DNA from: Chiloscyllium plagiosum
Taxonomy: Eukaryota
Assembly: GCF_004010195.1 (NCBI RefSeq)
Contig: NC_057753.1
Location: 7,869,930-7,933,929, forward strand
Length of the DNA stretch: 64,000 nucleotides
Direction: 5' to 3'
The notes under the pieces are model-generated. The model ran no database searches and had not been told where the DNA came from. It saw only the letters and a list, made by a program, of their open reading frames with translations. Of this stretch, positions 14,311-28,558 are shown piece by piece. How positions within the stretch are numbered: the first letter of the stretch is position 1; each line of letters opens with the position of its first letter. A program made the position numbers and the translations under genes.

Positions 14311-15571
14311 AAATATGTGGCAGCTGATTGAGTGCTTCATGAAGAGATGATCTCAGTCATCAATTCATTTGCAATAGTCTTAGTCTTGTCGCATTCATTC
14401 ATCTGACTTACGGTTTCATTGAATGTGAACAAACCGAAAGAACATTTGTTCTTTTTCTTTCAGTCCGGTACCAAAGTGAAAATTCTATAATTGTTTTGAA
14501 ATCACATACTGGCTGATGTGAATTTGCATTTGTATTTCTCCAATCCATCAAACTCTACATTCATCCCCAAGATTTTTGTTTACTCATTGAAGAGATGTCA
14601 GTGACAATGGGTATACTGGCATTTATAGTCTGTCTCTTAAAGCAAGCTGGGCTGTTAAACATTAAACACGTTGCTTTGGATCCGGTGCCGCAAATAGAAC
14701 CACCCACATGAGATAGTTCCCTTCTGTAATGAACAGCAGATTATTGCATTCGCTAGTGGTATCCATTGCTATGCATTTAGCAGCAGAGAGTATGTACATT
14801 TCAATAAGCATGGTCTCCTCAGGGAGAGGCAGAGATTGGTGCAGAGAGTCAGAGGCAAAGAAAGACTGAGAAAGTGAGAGACGAAACAGAAATGATCAGA
14901 AAACTAAGGTCTGCAGAACTCACTGCTTGGTGCACGACTGGCATCTGCTCTTAGAGAGCATTCAATCCTGTGTTTAGAAAATGCCTTTAGAATCTAAGTA
15001 AGTGAAGCCTGACCCTCGTTAAACTTTTATATCAGAGTAAATTATTTTCACATTTTCAGTCAAAACGTAAACAACATATCACCTGCTTTATATAGTTCTC
15101 ACCACTAATAATGATGTTTCTGATTGGTGAGCTTTATTTTTTTATTCATGACTATGTTTTCCAAGGGATATTTTAATTCCATGACCAAAGGAACATCTTA
15201 TATTTGTGACACAGGGACCAGTGATAATGATTAAGTGTCACATTTGAATTAATAATCTGGAAGACAGATCACATAAAACCAGACAACAAACGTGGGTGGA
15301 ACCCCAATGCAGTAAATCCAGTATTCACTGGAAACTCTTGCGATATTTACTGAAGATACATGGTGGATGATTAGAAGCCTCTAGAATTGCAGGAAAGATT
15401 CTCTGTTGATTTGCACAAAGGAAGTAAACCGATAGAGCAACGTATGTCTGTGCCCTGAAGTCTGACACTGATGCAGACATAGAGCAGACCAATGTGAACA
15501 TCTACCTTGTGAATTCCGGGAATGTACACTAGATTGCGTTGCATCGTCTGAAGCAACTACTCGTCCACAGG

Positions 15572-16213
15572 TGCTTTGGACAAGGTCTGGCCACTCAAAA
15601 CACTCTTAAGCAGGTAGCCCCGACCATAACTTTGCAATTTGATTCGCTGAGTGTACAGTGAAAATTACACAGGGTGAGTAGCTAGGTTGAATACTAGATT
15701 TTAAAACAAGCAGAAATTTATTCACAAAATTACGCAATGAAACAGAAAGAACAGAATAAAGAACCCCTACAGAACATTATCTATCCAAAATAGACATAAT
15801 TATGCTGTTCCGAATATACACAAGAGTCCTAATAAGCAAACGCCCTTAAAATCCCGTATAAATGGATCAGGTGATTCGAGGTTGAAGTTAGAAGGGCAGA
15901 AAGAGAGCTTCTTTCCCACAACTCACTATTGAACTCCCAACTCGTTCTGGGCTGAACTAAACTGCTCAGCTAGAGAGCTGACCAATCCCGTTTCATTGTA
16001 GAGGTGACTTCTAAAACATGACCACTTTGGCCTGAAGTGTGTTCTGTTTACATACAAAAAAAGGCCTCTCAATACCCTTTAATAACCGTACCAAACTAGT
16101 CTAATCGGCACCGAGAGCGGTTTCATACCCCTCTGGGGGGGAAAAAAACAAGGACATGCCATCCTTGAGAGAAGCAACAGCTTTTAGTAAAAAAATAAAC
16201 TAGCTTTGTGACA
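15572..16213 (-). mobile_element. Solo LTR, same family as 8890-9525
   Basis: TG...GTGACA termini; shared blocks TAGCTAGGTTGA, AGAACAGAATAAAGA, ATTATGCTGTTCC; flanks cagg/cagt. Confidence 0.8.
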
Positions 16214-16699
16214 CAGTGCGAGTCACCTGTGTCAAGTTTGGAACGAAAGGAATCAACGAAAGCCGAGGTTGATCACCTGGTCATTAGCACTTGGAGACAA
16301 ATATGGTAAGAATTTTGCAATTGCATTATGTGGAAAACAGTTGAGTATTCTGTGCAGAGACAAATTGAATTTTACTGCAACTTCTGCATTTCACAAAATG
16401 AATGAAACATCATGAATGAAATTCATTTTTGGGAAAAGAATTATTATCACCAAAAGCTAAACACATATTGTAGGGTCGGCTTCTGACAATAGAATTTGTA
16501 CAGATGAAACCATTGGAAAACATACAAGATGGAACATCTATACTACCATGGAAATATGAGATATATTCTGGGTTGTGATTTATGAAAGTATTTCCCGTAC
16601 TGACAATGTAGTCCAATAACGTGGGAGGTAAAAGCAACCCATCCACATGGATTTCTTTTCTGCCCACATATTTTTATGAACCGATTGAAATTTGAAAGT

Positions 16700-17620
16700 C
16701 TGTTCCTGAAACCCATAAAATGGGCACTGCGAAACCTAATTTTTGGGAACAAATTCCTTCACTAGGTTGAAGTGTCAGTGAGCGAGCATTTTGGGAATAG
16801 TGCCCGTCACTCCGTAAGTTTTCAATTCATGATGGAAAAGGATGAGGCTAGTGTAGAAATTAACTATCTAAATTGGAGGAATGCCAAGTTCAATATGATT
16901 GGATGGATTCTGGCAGACATCTGGAAGCAGCGACCTGAAGGTAGATTTACATTTGGTAACGTTTAGAAGTACTTTCATGAGAATTCAGGGCCAGTGCAAT
17001 CCTTTAAACTGAAGGATAAGGGATTTAGTTTCAGAGAGGCTTGGGTGCAAATGGATGTAATTATCTGGAAAGAAGGAAGCAAATGTCACTTACTTTCCAT
17101 TAAAAACAAGGAAGGCCCTTTAGATGTAGGGAGTGTGTGGGTTTATTTCAAAAGATGTTAGGACTACAAGCAATGTCTCCCAAATATCTTTGGCACATGT
17201 GATCAGGGATACCCCAAAGCATTTTACAATTATATTAAGAATGAAAGGAAATACAGGGAAAGAGTGGTGCCTTTTAAAGTTCCATAAGGCAACCAATGCA
17301 TGCATCCAGTGGACTTCTGCGAGGTATAAAACTTCTACTTCTTATCTGCATGCACAGTCAATGTTTTTCTGGCCTTCAGTAAGACCTTTGGCGAACACCC
17401 TAAATGGAATGCTTTTCCGAAAGGTAAGACTTCAGGGGATCCAAGGTATGTTGGCAAAAAAGATCTAAAGTTTGTTGCAAATAGGAGGCGCAAGCTGATA
17501 GTGGAACGTTGTTTTTGTGATTGGAGGTCTATGAACATGGGAATGCCGCAGGGAACGGTGGTGCTACCTTCGCTATTTTCTATGTACACTAACGACTTGC
17601 ATGTGAATTCAGGGGACAGA
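16700..17620 (+). mobile_element. Highly degenerate CR1 ORF2 fragments
   Basis: VSEHFGNS.RHSVSFQFMMEKD...LNWRNAKF; later GMPQGTV remnant. Confidence 0.7.
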
Positions 17621-18707
17621 TTGCAGAGCACCACCACGTCTCTTGGGTAATTAGACATGGGGAGTAAATGGTGACCAAACCAACGATGTTGAGGTCCCAT
17701 AAAATAATGAATAAAAAACAGTAGGCATTTATTTTTTCAAAAGAGCTCCACGTCTGCAAAGTGGAAAAATCCCTCCAATATGATCGCTGGTGTTAGTCGA
17801 TTTTGGAATGCTTCCACGCATTTGAAGATAACGTACTCCCTATTCATCTCATTGTAATCTGAGCACACAAGACTGCAAGATGAGACATGAGAGAAGACCA
17901 TTGAGGATAAAGATTCGAACGAGTGTTTTCAAATATCCAATTTTCCTGGTGTACAGGACAGTGTAACTGCTTGGGGTCTGGGATGGTTGTGGGGCATTTC
18001 TGGGGTAATTGTGGCAAAAGACATTCCATCGCTTTTCGAATTTCCCGAACCCAGTTTAAATCTGAATTTGAAGAATCCAATGCTCTGATCTTTTCCTCAT
18101 TGAACATGTTTTCCTTAAATATGGGTAATGGAGATTCCATCGCTCAGCCACTTTATTGAGACGTGTTGACATTAGGAAAAAGCGTGGATTTCAAGCTATT
18201 CATGTGACCCCCCACCGGGCACAAGTAATATTTACTCTGCTGCTGACTGAGTCCAGATTCACAACTTGAGCTTATTCAGTGGAGGCATTCAATTGGTTCT
18301 GAATAGAAAGCAGATATTTTTGAAAACTGTTTCCGAGTTCCAGACATTGAATAAATTCACGAGTTATTTTATCTCGATACTGAAGCTGACTGACTCTTCG
18401 GTAAGTTACCGAACTCTCAGACTCAGTAATGAAAAACGTTGTGCACTGAATACAAAACCATCTATGTCTCAGATTCAGTTGATCTGTCATTATTGAAGCT
18501 AATTCACAGTTCCGTTTCTGCCTATCTGCATGGGATCCTGACTATTTGTGACTGCACTCGCTCGTATTTCCGTTCATAAAATACTAATATATGTCTCGAT
18601 TTATTTCACTGGGAGGGATAACTCAGTTACTTTTACGATAGACCATTAAAGTACTTTGAATAAATAGAAGATTGCTTCAATCAATTTTACAGGAGACTGT
18701 GGTTCTA

Positions 18708-18713
18708 TTTATT
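18708..18713 (-). promoter_or_regulatory. Candidate polyadenylation signal (AATAAA) of the GPCR gene
   Basis: tttatt on + strand ~250 nt downstream of the stop; a second one at 18600-18605. Confidence 0.4.
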
Positions 18714-18962
18714 TCATAACAATCGCCATCTCCGTTTATAATATGCCCACAGTTATGGAGAACAGCATATGTTTTCTTTCCACTTGGTGACATTAAAAAT
18801 TATGAAGTGAGTAAAACGTACAGATGTCCCTTGATACCATCGATTGCTACACCGAATTCTACCTGTTAAAAAATGCATATTTCGTGTTTGAGTATTGCTA
18901 TACGATACATTTAGAACATTGCACGCTGTTAACTTAGAATATTCTCATGCTCAAATTTCGAA

Positions 18963-19861
18963 TCACTTTAAAAACCGTTGCAACGGATATTTCAGCACAT
19001 TCTTCAACTCGACTCTGAATTTAGTTTGGGTTCCAGCATAAATAAACGGGTTGATGCAGGAACACAAAAATAAAAGCATAAAACCAGTCTCTTCAAGGTT
19101 AAATGTCGATTTACTGAAATCTGAACCTGAGAAATAGGTCACTTTCGCAATTCTGACATAGAGGATCGTAATAAAAGACAACAAATACAACAAGAGGAAA
19201 CTGCCTGAAATGGCAAAGAGTAATACAATGGACTTTCTCCGCTTCTCCATCTCTGGGTCACTCTGATTCTCTCCGTGACTCTGGACCCGGAGTCTCCTGC
19301 GTGCTCGATTGGCCACGAGAATGTATCGAACGGTCAGAGCATTGAGAAGTAAAATCAGAAGGAATGGGAGAAGGGGGTTGAAAATGCTACGAAGTAAGTC
19401 ATATGCTGCCCATGCTGCTGAAATATAAAATATTGTTTTAGGGTTGCAGAACCAGGGTACATTTTTAAATGTGTACAGTGGTTCATAAATAAAATACAAA
19501 AATGCGCTTTTAATGCAACTCAATATAGACACGCTTCCTATGACACGTGCCGCTGTCTTTGTAGTGCAATAGTTTACTTTCAGTTTTTGACAAGAAATCA
19601 TCACAAATCGATCGAACGTGAAAGTGACAGTTAACCAAGTAGAACTGTCTACGGCAGTGGAAGCTAAGACAGTACGGAGACCACAAACTGGAGTGATGGA
19701 CAGAAAACTGTATGGAAAGTAAATCCCAGCAATTCGGTTTAATACTACACAGGTAACCAGGACCAGGAGATCTGTCACTGCCATGGATACCAGATAAAGA
19801 ATCATACACGCAGACAGACCACATCTTCTTCGACAGAGGATCGCAATCACAGACAAATTAG
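18963..19861 (-). CDS. Class A (rhodopsin-like) GPCR, GPR139/GPR142-like family, exon 2 (end of TM1 to C-terminus)
   Basis: Open 899-nt exon; TM2 LVSMAVTDLL, TM3 TFDRF, TM5 PLLPF, TM7 NPFIY; acceptor tctttgcAG|CT AAT TTG (phase 1, A-N-L) preceded by a pyrimidine tract. Confidence 0.93.
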
Positions 19862-20663
19862 CTGCAAAGAGAGTCAGAAAGCGAGAGGGTTGGAGAGGAG
19901 AGCGTGTATAGAGAGAGAGAGTGAGCGAGAATTTGTATTTAATAAAATGGAAGTACAGGCAAATTATTTCTTTTACTTCCAGTAATTTTTTTCTAATTCA
20001 CTTGATACTCTGTGAATCATAAAACTCTCTGATGTTGAGCCAAAGGCCAAAGGTACTGCATTCAAATTAAACATGTAACATAAAGAACATCACAATTGTT
20101 AATGACATAGGACTGTAAGATACTCTGTCGTATTTTTGGCAGAAGATAAAAACAAGAAAAAGTCATTCCTGGAATAACGTTGATCTATTAAGTAAACCAG
20201 AGAAGTAATCACATCAAGACATTATAGAAATATATTGCAATAATTAAGTAGTGAAACGATTATCAACGAGTGTGGAAGTTGGGTGCAACATGGTTTACAA
20301 GTCACTGAGAATCAAATGCGACTACTTTTAATGAGAATAATTCATATTATTCATTGTTGTTGCGAATGCCAGCAAAAATTTCTTAGATATATGGTGAAAC
20401 AGAAAAAGGTGATTGGCTAATTTACATTTCTCTGAGTTTTGGATGGAATGATGGATACACGTAATTGTAACACTGAGTTCTTCAGCTGCTAAACGCAGGA
20501 ACCTTTGGTGTGCAGTCCTGCCATGCCAAGAATCAGTCTGTTCAATCTTACCCACTCTGAATTGTTTCCAAATCATTTGTAAACTTCCTTAAATAAGGAA
20601 ACCAGGATTGTAGGCACTGGTTTGCATGTGGTCTCATTATGCCCTCGAAACTGAAGCATAACT

Positions 20664-21243
20664 TATTAAGGACTAGGCCAGCCGCCCTGAAACAAATTTA
20701 AGAATGTCGAGCAGAACCTAACATTTCTTATTTTAGGAGCAGATGTGAGGAGAATATTCAAGGTGTGATGCAGCTGGTCTAAACACTCAGCTTTAAACAA
20801 AGCAGAATGTAGTTAAACATGGCATTTGAAACGCAGTCAAAAGAAAACAGAATTTGGAATAACTATTGGAAAATGTAACTTACTCCATACAGCAACTTAA
20901 CGAAGGATCTGCTCCAATTCCCGTTAAATCCCATAAACACACCACTTGACAAAAAGTAAATTCAAACACAGGTTCTTAAAGGCAGGGGAGATTTCAGAGA
21001 CAGAAGCCAGTCAAAAATTATCTGCTGGAGCATGGAAACTCTTTGAATTGCAGTAGTTTCTGCTATAGCTACCAGCGGCTTCTGTGTTACAACTCAACCA
21101 AACTGAACTGGGAGAACTGGTCACTCCACTGACATTGTTAAATTCGACATTTCCAAACAATTTTGGCACCACTGCCTTTGCGAACTAACTTGAAAAAAAA
21201 ATCCAAGGGAAAGAAAACTTGTTAAGATGACAACATCGTCACA
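20664..21243 (-). repeat. 3' LTR of the intronic Gmr1-type element
   Basis: Similar to 25706-26282 (e.g. AAACACAGGTTCTTA.AGGCAGG.GAGATTTCAGA); adjacent PPT. Confidence 0.8.
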
Positions 21244-22671
21244 CCACTTCCCTTAAATAAAATAAATCATCAATGTACAAAGATGGTGTCACTTTAAGCC
21301 TCTTAGCCTTCCTCTGTTAGTACATTCAATATATATATATACATTTCATCGACTAAACATGAAAAAAAACCCTGCTACATTCCTTTTTAGTCTGTTGAAT
21401 CCTGTCGGTGGATGCCTCTGTTTCTTATCCAAGTCTCGATTGCGTTGGCAATCGCGTTTTCTAAATCTGAGACATGAACAATTTTCAAATTGATTGGCTG
21501 CAAGGATAAACTCCGTCTACGCAGCCTGGAATTTTTGTCCTTCAATTTCTCAAATAACATTAATGAATTATGATCAATGTGTATGATTTATCCAGACATA
21601 TTCTTGGCAAAATAAATGTTGAAATACTGTAACCTCAACACAAAGCTGAAAGTCTCCTTGTCAATTGTTGAATATTTCTGCTGATAAATCCTCAGTTTCC
21701 TGGAGAAGTGTCTGATGGATCTTTCTATCATCTCATCATCTTATTATAAGAGTGCAGCATTGGCAGCCATATCAGTCACAGCGATAGCCACCTTGAATGG
21801 CTTTGCATGATTAGGTGTGGCTGATATTAATGCAGTGGTAAACTGAGTTTTGGCTGTCAAATCCCTTCTGACGTCTGTCATTCACTTTCTTTTTTTTTAC
21901 TTCGTCAGTAAATTAATGACTGGAGCAGCCAGACTGTCCAAATTTGGTACGAATTTCCAATAAAACTAATTTAATCCGAGCAATCGGAGTACTTATTCTT
22001 TCGTCGATATTATGGGAAACTCCTGAATAAACACTATTTTTATCTTCCGTGGGACTCGATGTCGATGACCAATAACATGGCCCAGGAACATGACATGGGC
22101 TTTGTCGAATTCATTCTTAGCAAGGTTTATCACCAAACTTGCCTCGCAAAGTCGATGGAATAATTCCGACAAATGCTGCAATTACTCCCTCTATGTTTGA
22201 CTAAAAATCACCAAGTTTTTAATGTATACCATGCAATTTGATTGTTCAGAAATGACTCGATTGGTTCGTTTTTGAAATGTGGCTGGCACATGTTCATAAG
22301 AAATGGCATGACTTTAAATTGAAACAGTTCATTCGATGTTACAAAAGCTGAAGCTATCTTTGATATTTTGGATAAGGTTATCTGTCGGTGTCCTCTGAGG
22401 AAGACCACCTTCGAAACATATTTTGTAAGGCTTGTCTTTTCAATACCGTCTTCCAAATGTGGAATTGGAAAACCACCACACTTTGCAACTGCATTAACTT
22501 TGCAGTAGTCTTCAAATCACCATCGGATACCATCTGATTTAGAAACCATTACTGTTTGTGAGCTCCAGTCACTGCAAATTAACTTCGATTATGCTGTCTT
22601 GGAGCATACATTCAATCGGTTTTTGTACCTGTGCTAACTTTAGAGGGTTAAGTCCATGAGGATTTTTGCTT

Positions 22672-23171
22672 NNNNNNNNNNNNNNNNNNNNNNNNNNNNN
22701 NNNNNNNNNNNNNNNNNNNNNNNNNNNNNNNNNNNNNNNNNNNNNNNNNNNNNNNNNNNNNNNNNNNNNNNNNNNNNNNNNNNNNNNNNNNNNNNNNNNN
22801 NNNNNNNNNNNNNNNNNNNNNNNNNNNNNNNNNNNNNNNNNNNNNNNNNNNNNNNNNNNNNNNNNNNNNNNNNNNNNNNNNNNNNNNNNNNNNNNNNNNN
22901 NNNNNNNNNNNNNNNNNNNNNNNNNNNNNNNNNNNNNNNNNNNNNNNNNNNNNNNNNNNNNNNNNNNNNNNNNNNNNNNNNNNNNNNNNNNNNNNNNNNN
23001 NNNNNNNNNNNNNNNNNNNNNNNNNNNNNNNNNNNNNNNNNNNNNNNNNNNNNNNNNNNNNNNNNNNNNNNNNNNNNNNNNNNNNNNNNNNNNNNNNNNN
23101 NNNNNNNNNNNNNNNNNNNNNNNNNNNNNNNNNNNNNNNNNNNNNNNNNNNNNNNNNNNNNNNNNNNNNNN
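22672..23171. other. Assembly gap (500 N)
   Basis: N run. Confidence 1.
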
Positions 23172-25705
23172 CATCTGCAGACCTCACTTTCTCCTTAATT
23201 TCAGGAATGTCTATTTTAGAACGATAAGAATTTATTTCTTTCCTATGTATTGTAACGGTTAACACATTCTGCTTTTGCTTTCCTTCCCTACCAAATGGCA
23301 CACTCTGTGAGATTGCTTTCTGTCAGGATGCCTCATAAAATGGTTTACCTCATTCCATCCAGTTTCGGCTTGAGAAGGGACCACTAAACCACACTTAGAC
23401 TATCACTTAGAATTAACAGTAACACTTTATCTCCGTTAGCAAAGTTGCGAGTTTTTGATTTCTTGTCTGCATCCTTTTTTGTCACATATTGTGCTATATT
23501 TACTGCTGTCTAGCCAACTCCCCCTCTATATACCCGTTCCCTGGAATTTGACACATAGTACAAAAATATGGTCTCTTATTTCTGACTCACCAATTTCTCC
23601 CTAATTAATTTCAGTGATCTTCTCACTTTGTGCCCATAAACTAACTCGAATTGACTGAATTTGGTCTATTCATTTGGTGCATATCTAATGGATGAAAGTA
23701 AAAATGGAATTCGCTGGTCCCAGTCATCTGGACAGTCATGACTATCAGCCCATAACATGGTATTTTACGTCTGATTCCACCTTTCTTTCTCTCCTTGTGG
23801 TTCTGGATGGTTTGCAAATGAATTGAATTGTTTTATTCCTAAGCTGTTCTAAACTGCCTTGAATAATTTTAATGTAAAAATTGACCCTGATTATATTTCT
23901 GTGGGTCGTCAGTATCTAGTGAATAAATCCAACAGCTCATCTACAATCTATTTAGCTGAGAAGTTGCATAACGGAATGGCATCTAGATTTCTAGTGGATG
24001 CAACAATTATTTTTTAACAAATACTGTTTCTTACTGTTTTTCATTTAGATATGGTTCCTATATAATTAATAAGACTTTGGAAAAGTTCCTCAACATGAAT
24101 GATTGACATGATCCCCTCCAGCTTGGTACTGTAACCTTTTTACTTGCTGCTCCTGGCCAATCCGAGTAATCCCAAATTTCACAAAAAAATGGTTTAAGAA
24201 GATCTGATACTTTCTCCTTCACCAACCTCCGACCAATTTGTACAGTCTTACGCAGCCTTTTAACATCCACTCGTGTTTGATTTCAATAAAATTCACTGGC
24301 TTCTCCTGTTTTTGTACATCCGTCTTCCCAGTGCTTCGTTTTCAAACTAGCAATAGTGTAACTTTATGTGGTCTACTTTATTGCAGTGAAAACACTGGAG
24401 GTTTTTAACTTCTCTTTCCCCTTCACGGGTTTCATTTTACAATGTAGAAAGATATCTTTATGATCTTCTCCGAGATCTACATTTCCCTAACCACGTGAGG
24501 AGTTTTCTTTTACCCAAATTCTCACTCTCATGGATTGAAATTGATGTTGGAAGCCAGACCATAATTTGTGAGCATATGCATAATCACGAGCTCTTTCAAC
24601 TGCGAATCTTGCAGTTTGAACTCTCTACTCTTCAACGTGTGTTCTCGCTACCTCAGGAAGTGAATTTTTGAACACCGATAAAATAATCGTCCAAGAGCAT
24701 AATACGTTTGATCTATTTTAATGCCCTCTTGAACTATCAAAGTTACCTCGTTTTCTCCTTTCAAACTCCCGCTCGTTTGTGCAGGGCCCTTCCATATATT
24801 CCCGAAACGTTCTCTGTTTGCTTCTGATACAAACTCATATGAATTTAAGATGGCTTTCTCCACATATTCATCTGCCCCTGGTCTCATATTGATGCAAATA
24901 CCTCACGAGCTCGACCTCGCAGCGTTGTTTGTATCAACAAAACCCACATGGTTACAGGCCACTTCACTTATTTTGCTAAAATCTGAAATGAGGTGAAGAG
25001 GTCTTCTAATTTCTTCTCATCGAATTTTCACACTGCTTTTTTTTTATTTAACTAGATTCCCACCAGGCATTTGGCTTCGATGTGTTTGCACATCCTGACT
25101 GCCCTCCTCATTAAGCCTACCTTTTAACTTCATCTTCATCTTTTTAAGCCGATTTTCCTCTCTAGATACCCATTTATGAAGTTCAAGCACTCTCTCTTTC
25201 TCCCTTATTCCCTCCCTCTGTCTCCCTTTCTTCTATACCGTTTTCTTTTTTGTTCTGCTTGGACATAGCATTCTTTTTAACTTTTCTTTCTTGTAAAAGT
25301 AATTGAAACTGCTTCCTTTTTTTCATGTTGAAACTGCCTCTTCTGCAATTAAATTCGAGCCATTTGCAAGATTCTGATTGCATTTCCAGGAAAAGGAAAA
25401 ACCGGGTTATTGTAATTATCTCCTCTTTTCCCATAGAATGAGGGTAATTCCAAATCCAGCTTGTCTGCACAATCCAGCAGCTTAGCCTTGCTCTTTTTTT
25501 GGAAAACTCCAAATGTCACTTCTTCCACCCACGGAAAACTCTTCATGATTGAAAGAGCCATTAATACACTAAACGTTGTTTAAACCAACTGAATTCAACA
25601 CTCGTAACAAAAAAACACTAACACCTACCATTCGCCACCTTGCAGTCCAACAATCCTACACCCAAATTCGAATGCCCAAATAAATTCAGAAAAAAGCCGC
25701 CAACC

Positions 25706-26282
25706 TGCTTCTGGACCAGGCCAGACCGCTCATAATATTTAGAAAAGTTAGCCCAGACTCCCAAGCAAGTCTGACGTATTCCAGGTGTGTTGGAGTTGGT
25801 CAAACCACTCGGCTTAATGCAAAACCATATTTGTTTAAACACTATAAAACGTTATCAGAATTTAGAATAACTTAACTATTGGAAAATCTAACTGACACGA
25901 TACAGCAACTTAACTAACAAAGCTCGCTAACTAAAGAGAAGATCCTATTCCCGTAACATCCCATAATTAAACCTCCTGGCAAATGGTAAATTAAAACACA
26001 GGTTCTTACAGGCAGGAGAGATTTCAGACAGAGAAGCCAGTCATGAATCATTTGCTGAAGCATGGAACCTCTTTGCACTGTTTCAGATTCTAGTACAGCA
26101 ATGAGCAGGTTTTATGCTACAACTAAAACAAACAGAGAAAAAATCTGATCTGGGGGAACAGACCACGCCCCGCCACTGTTAAAGTAGATATTTCCAGATA
26201 ATTTGGCACGTGCGCCATTGCGAACTCTGTTGAAAAAAAACTCAAGCAGTAAATACTTTCGTTAATGTGACACCATGTCACC
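25706..26282 (-). repeat. 5' LTR of the intronic Gmr1-type element
   Basis: Paired with 20664-21243; followed on the minus strand by a degenerate TGGCGGCT primer-site-like motif. Confidence 0.8.
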
Positions 26283-27619
26283 ATCTACACTGTCTTTGAA
26301 TTGATAATAATAATAACAAGTAACTTACATCCCCTACCCCAGTTACTTGATGTGTATGCATACTAGCATTATCCATCTACAAGGGAACTTCCACAGCCCA
26401 GAACTTTGCAAACGCAAATCATACAATCACACTGCTGATTTTTTATTATTTACCCAAAACATACGTTTCCACATTTATTTTGTATTATACTCCAGTTAGC
26501 ACAGTCTTATCTAACTCGTGAATTTCTATTTTTGTGTGTAAATCCTTACGCTCTTGCACAATATAGATTCAACCCTATTTCTGTGGCTCAACCTTTATCT
26601 TTCTGGCAACCATGTAACTAATCATTATCAATTTAATTCATAAACATTGCAAAAACTTGAAGACTCTGCACTGGCCTTTGTGATACGCCACACTTTTCAT
26701 TTTACCAAGAAAGGACCAATTCTTACTTATTCTTTGTTTCCTGTTAGCAAGCTTATCGATCTACAGAAGTACAGTAAATCCTACACTTTAATAATTTATT
26801 CTCCAAAATAATAATTTATATGTTACCTTTAAAATACATTTGGAATTCTATGTGCATCCGTCTGCTCCACTGTATACACACCTCATGTCATGATTTCAAA
26901 GAAGTTTAGAAAAGATTAATTGCGATTTCACTTTGACAAAATCGCATTTATACTTCCTGACTTGTTTTACCGCAACAGTTGTGTTTCACTGTATGTTACA
27001 GTAGTTTCGAACACGTTTTGTTCGAGAGCTGTTAGGCTAACTAATCTCTCGTCTCCTGCTTTTTTTTTATCTCTCACACTTCTTGAATAGAAGCTGCAAT
27101 TCTATATTTTTCAAGGTCATGAAATCTTCACCAAATCTAGGTAATCATGGAAAATTCGAAAAACTAAACCTTTATCTCAGTGGACACGAAATCGAAAATC
27201 ATGTGAAGAATCTAACAACATCTGTTGTTTGCATTGTGTTTGAAACGCTTACTCAAATTCTCTTTCCTGGTCTTTACTTTACTTTACTTTCTCCCTCCCA
27301 TATATTTACATACTTACAGCTATTCTTGGCAGTTCATTTGTGTTACTACGGTAAAAGCCAATGTAAAATACATTTGAAGTACATCTATCGTTTTCCACTC
27401 AATTTTTTTCCTCCATTGTCATCTTCTATTCACACTTGTCTGTGCTTCTGCATTCCAAAAAAATTCCTGATTCTTCACCAGTTTGTGCACATGGTGCGTT
27501 ATTTCTTTGAGTCTGATCACACCTTTAACATTTGAATTATTTTTCACTGCTTCAGATGTATTGGTTGTCTTTCATATGATCTGAAACTTTATCTTACATG
27601 ACTCCCACTGCATCGCTAT

Positions 27620-28255
27620 AGACACATAGTGCAGTGAAGAAGACATATGGCGTAATGGCTTTTATTGGTAGAGGAATTGAGTTCCGGAGTCCTGAGGTCA
27701 TGTTGCAGTTGTATAAGACTGTGGTGCGGCCACATCTGGAGTATTGTGTGCAGTTTTGGTCGCCATACTATAGGAAGGATGTGGAAGCACTGGAACGGGT
27801 GCAGAGGAGGTTTACCAGGATGTTGCCTGGTATGGTAGGAAGATCGTATGAGGAAAGGCTGAGGCACTTGGGGTTGTTTTCATTGGAGAAAAGAAGGTTT
27901 CGGGGTGACTTGATAGAGGTGTACAAGATGATTAGGGGTTTAGATAGGGTTGACAGTGAGATCTTTTTCCACGTATGGAGTCAGCTATTACAAGGGGGCA
28001 TAGCTTTAAATTAAGGCGGGGGGTAGGTATAGGACAGATGTTAGGGGTAGGTTCTTTACTCAGCGAGTTGTGAGTTCATGGAATGCCCTGCCAGTAGCAG
28101 TGGTGGACTCTCCCTCATTATGGGCATTTAAGCAGGCATTGGATAGGCATGTGGAGGATAGTGGGCTAGTGTAGGTTAGGTGGGCTTGGATCGGCGCAAC
28201 ATCGAGGGCCGATGGGCCTGTACAGCACTGTATTCTTCTATGTTCTATGTTCTAT
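27620..28255 (+). mobile_element. Young 5'-truncated CR1 (HER1-like) LINE
   Basis: ORF 27634..28014 LYKTVVRPHLEYCVQFWSPYYRKDVEALERVQRRFTRM; (TTCTATG)n tail; same subfamily as 53317 and 61363. Confidence 0.95.
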
Positions 28256-28349
28256 ATCATTTATTCTAATTTGCCAGTTCACTGACGAGAAGACTCTTCA
28301 TTCCGTTATTGTCCTCATTTCAGTTTGAAAGTCTAGACTGGCAGCACCA

Positions 28350-28558
28350 TGGGCAGCACGGTGGCACAGTGGTTAGCACTGCTGCCTCACAGCGCCAGAG
28401 ACCCGGCTTCCATTCCCGCCTCGGGCGACTGACTGTGTGGAGTTTGCACCTTATCCTCGTGTCTGCGTGGGTTTCCTTCTGGTGCTCAGGTTTCCTCCCA
28501 CAGTCCAAAAATGTGCAGGTTAGGTGATTTGGCCATGCTAAATTGCCCGTAGTGTTAG
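28350..28558 (+). mobile_element. tRNA-derived V-SINE (HE1-like), 3'-truncated
   Basis: GGCACGGTGGCACAGTGGTTAGCACTGCTGCCTCACAGCGCCAGAGACCC head; V-domain TGTGTGGAGTTTGCAC...GGTTTCCTCCCACAGTCCAAA. Confidence 0.88.

Larger units (their letters stand above)
20664..26282 (-). mobile_element. Decayed Gmr1-type Ty3/Gypsy LTR retrotransposon (gag-IN-RT-RNaseH) with both LTRs, inside the GPCR intron
   Basis: LTRs ~25706-26282 and ~20664-21243; polypurine tract AAGGGAAGTGG next to the 3' LTR; SCAN-like gag (KAILNSYEFVSEANRERF); integrase ~23500-24050 (HPEPQG, FELVYGHKVR); RT ~22000-22600 (SAFVTSNELFQFKVMPF, LVINLAKNEF); RNase H ~21450-21830. Confidence 0.85.

Noticed and set aside
13887..14350. Overlapping ORFs up to 141 aa
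   Set aside because: Open because of a CT-rich low-complexity tract
19854..19856. TTG start for a 297-aa single-exon GPCR, as given by the ORF track
   Set aside because: It lacks the first half of TM1; a splice acceptor lies 5 nt upstream and a matching exon 1 exists at 30492-30561
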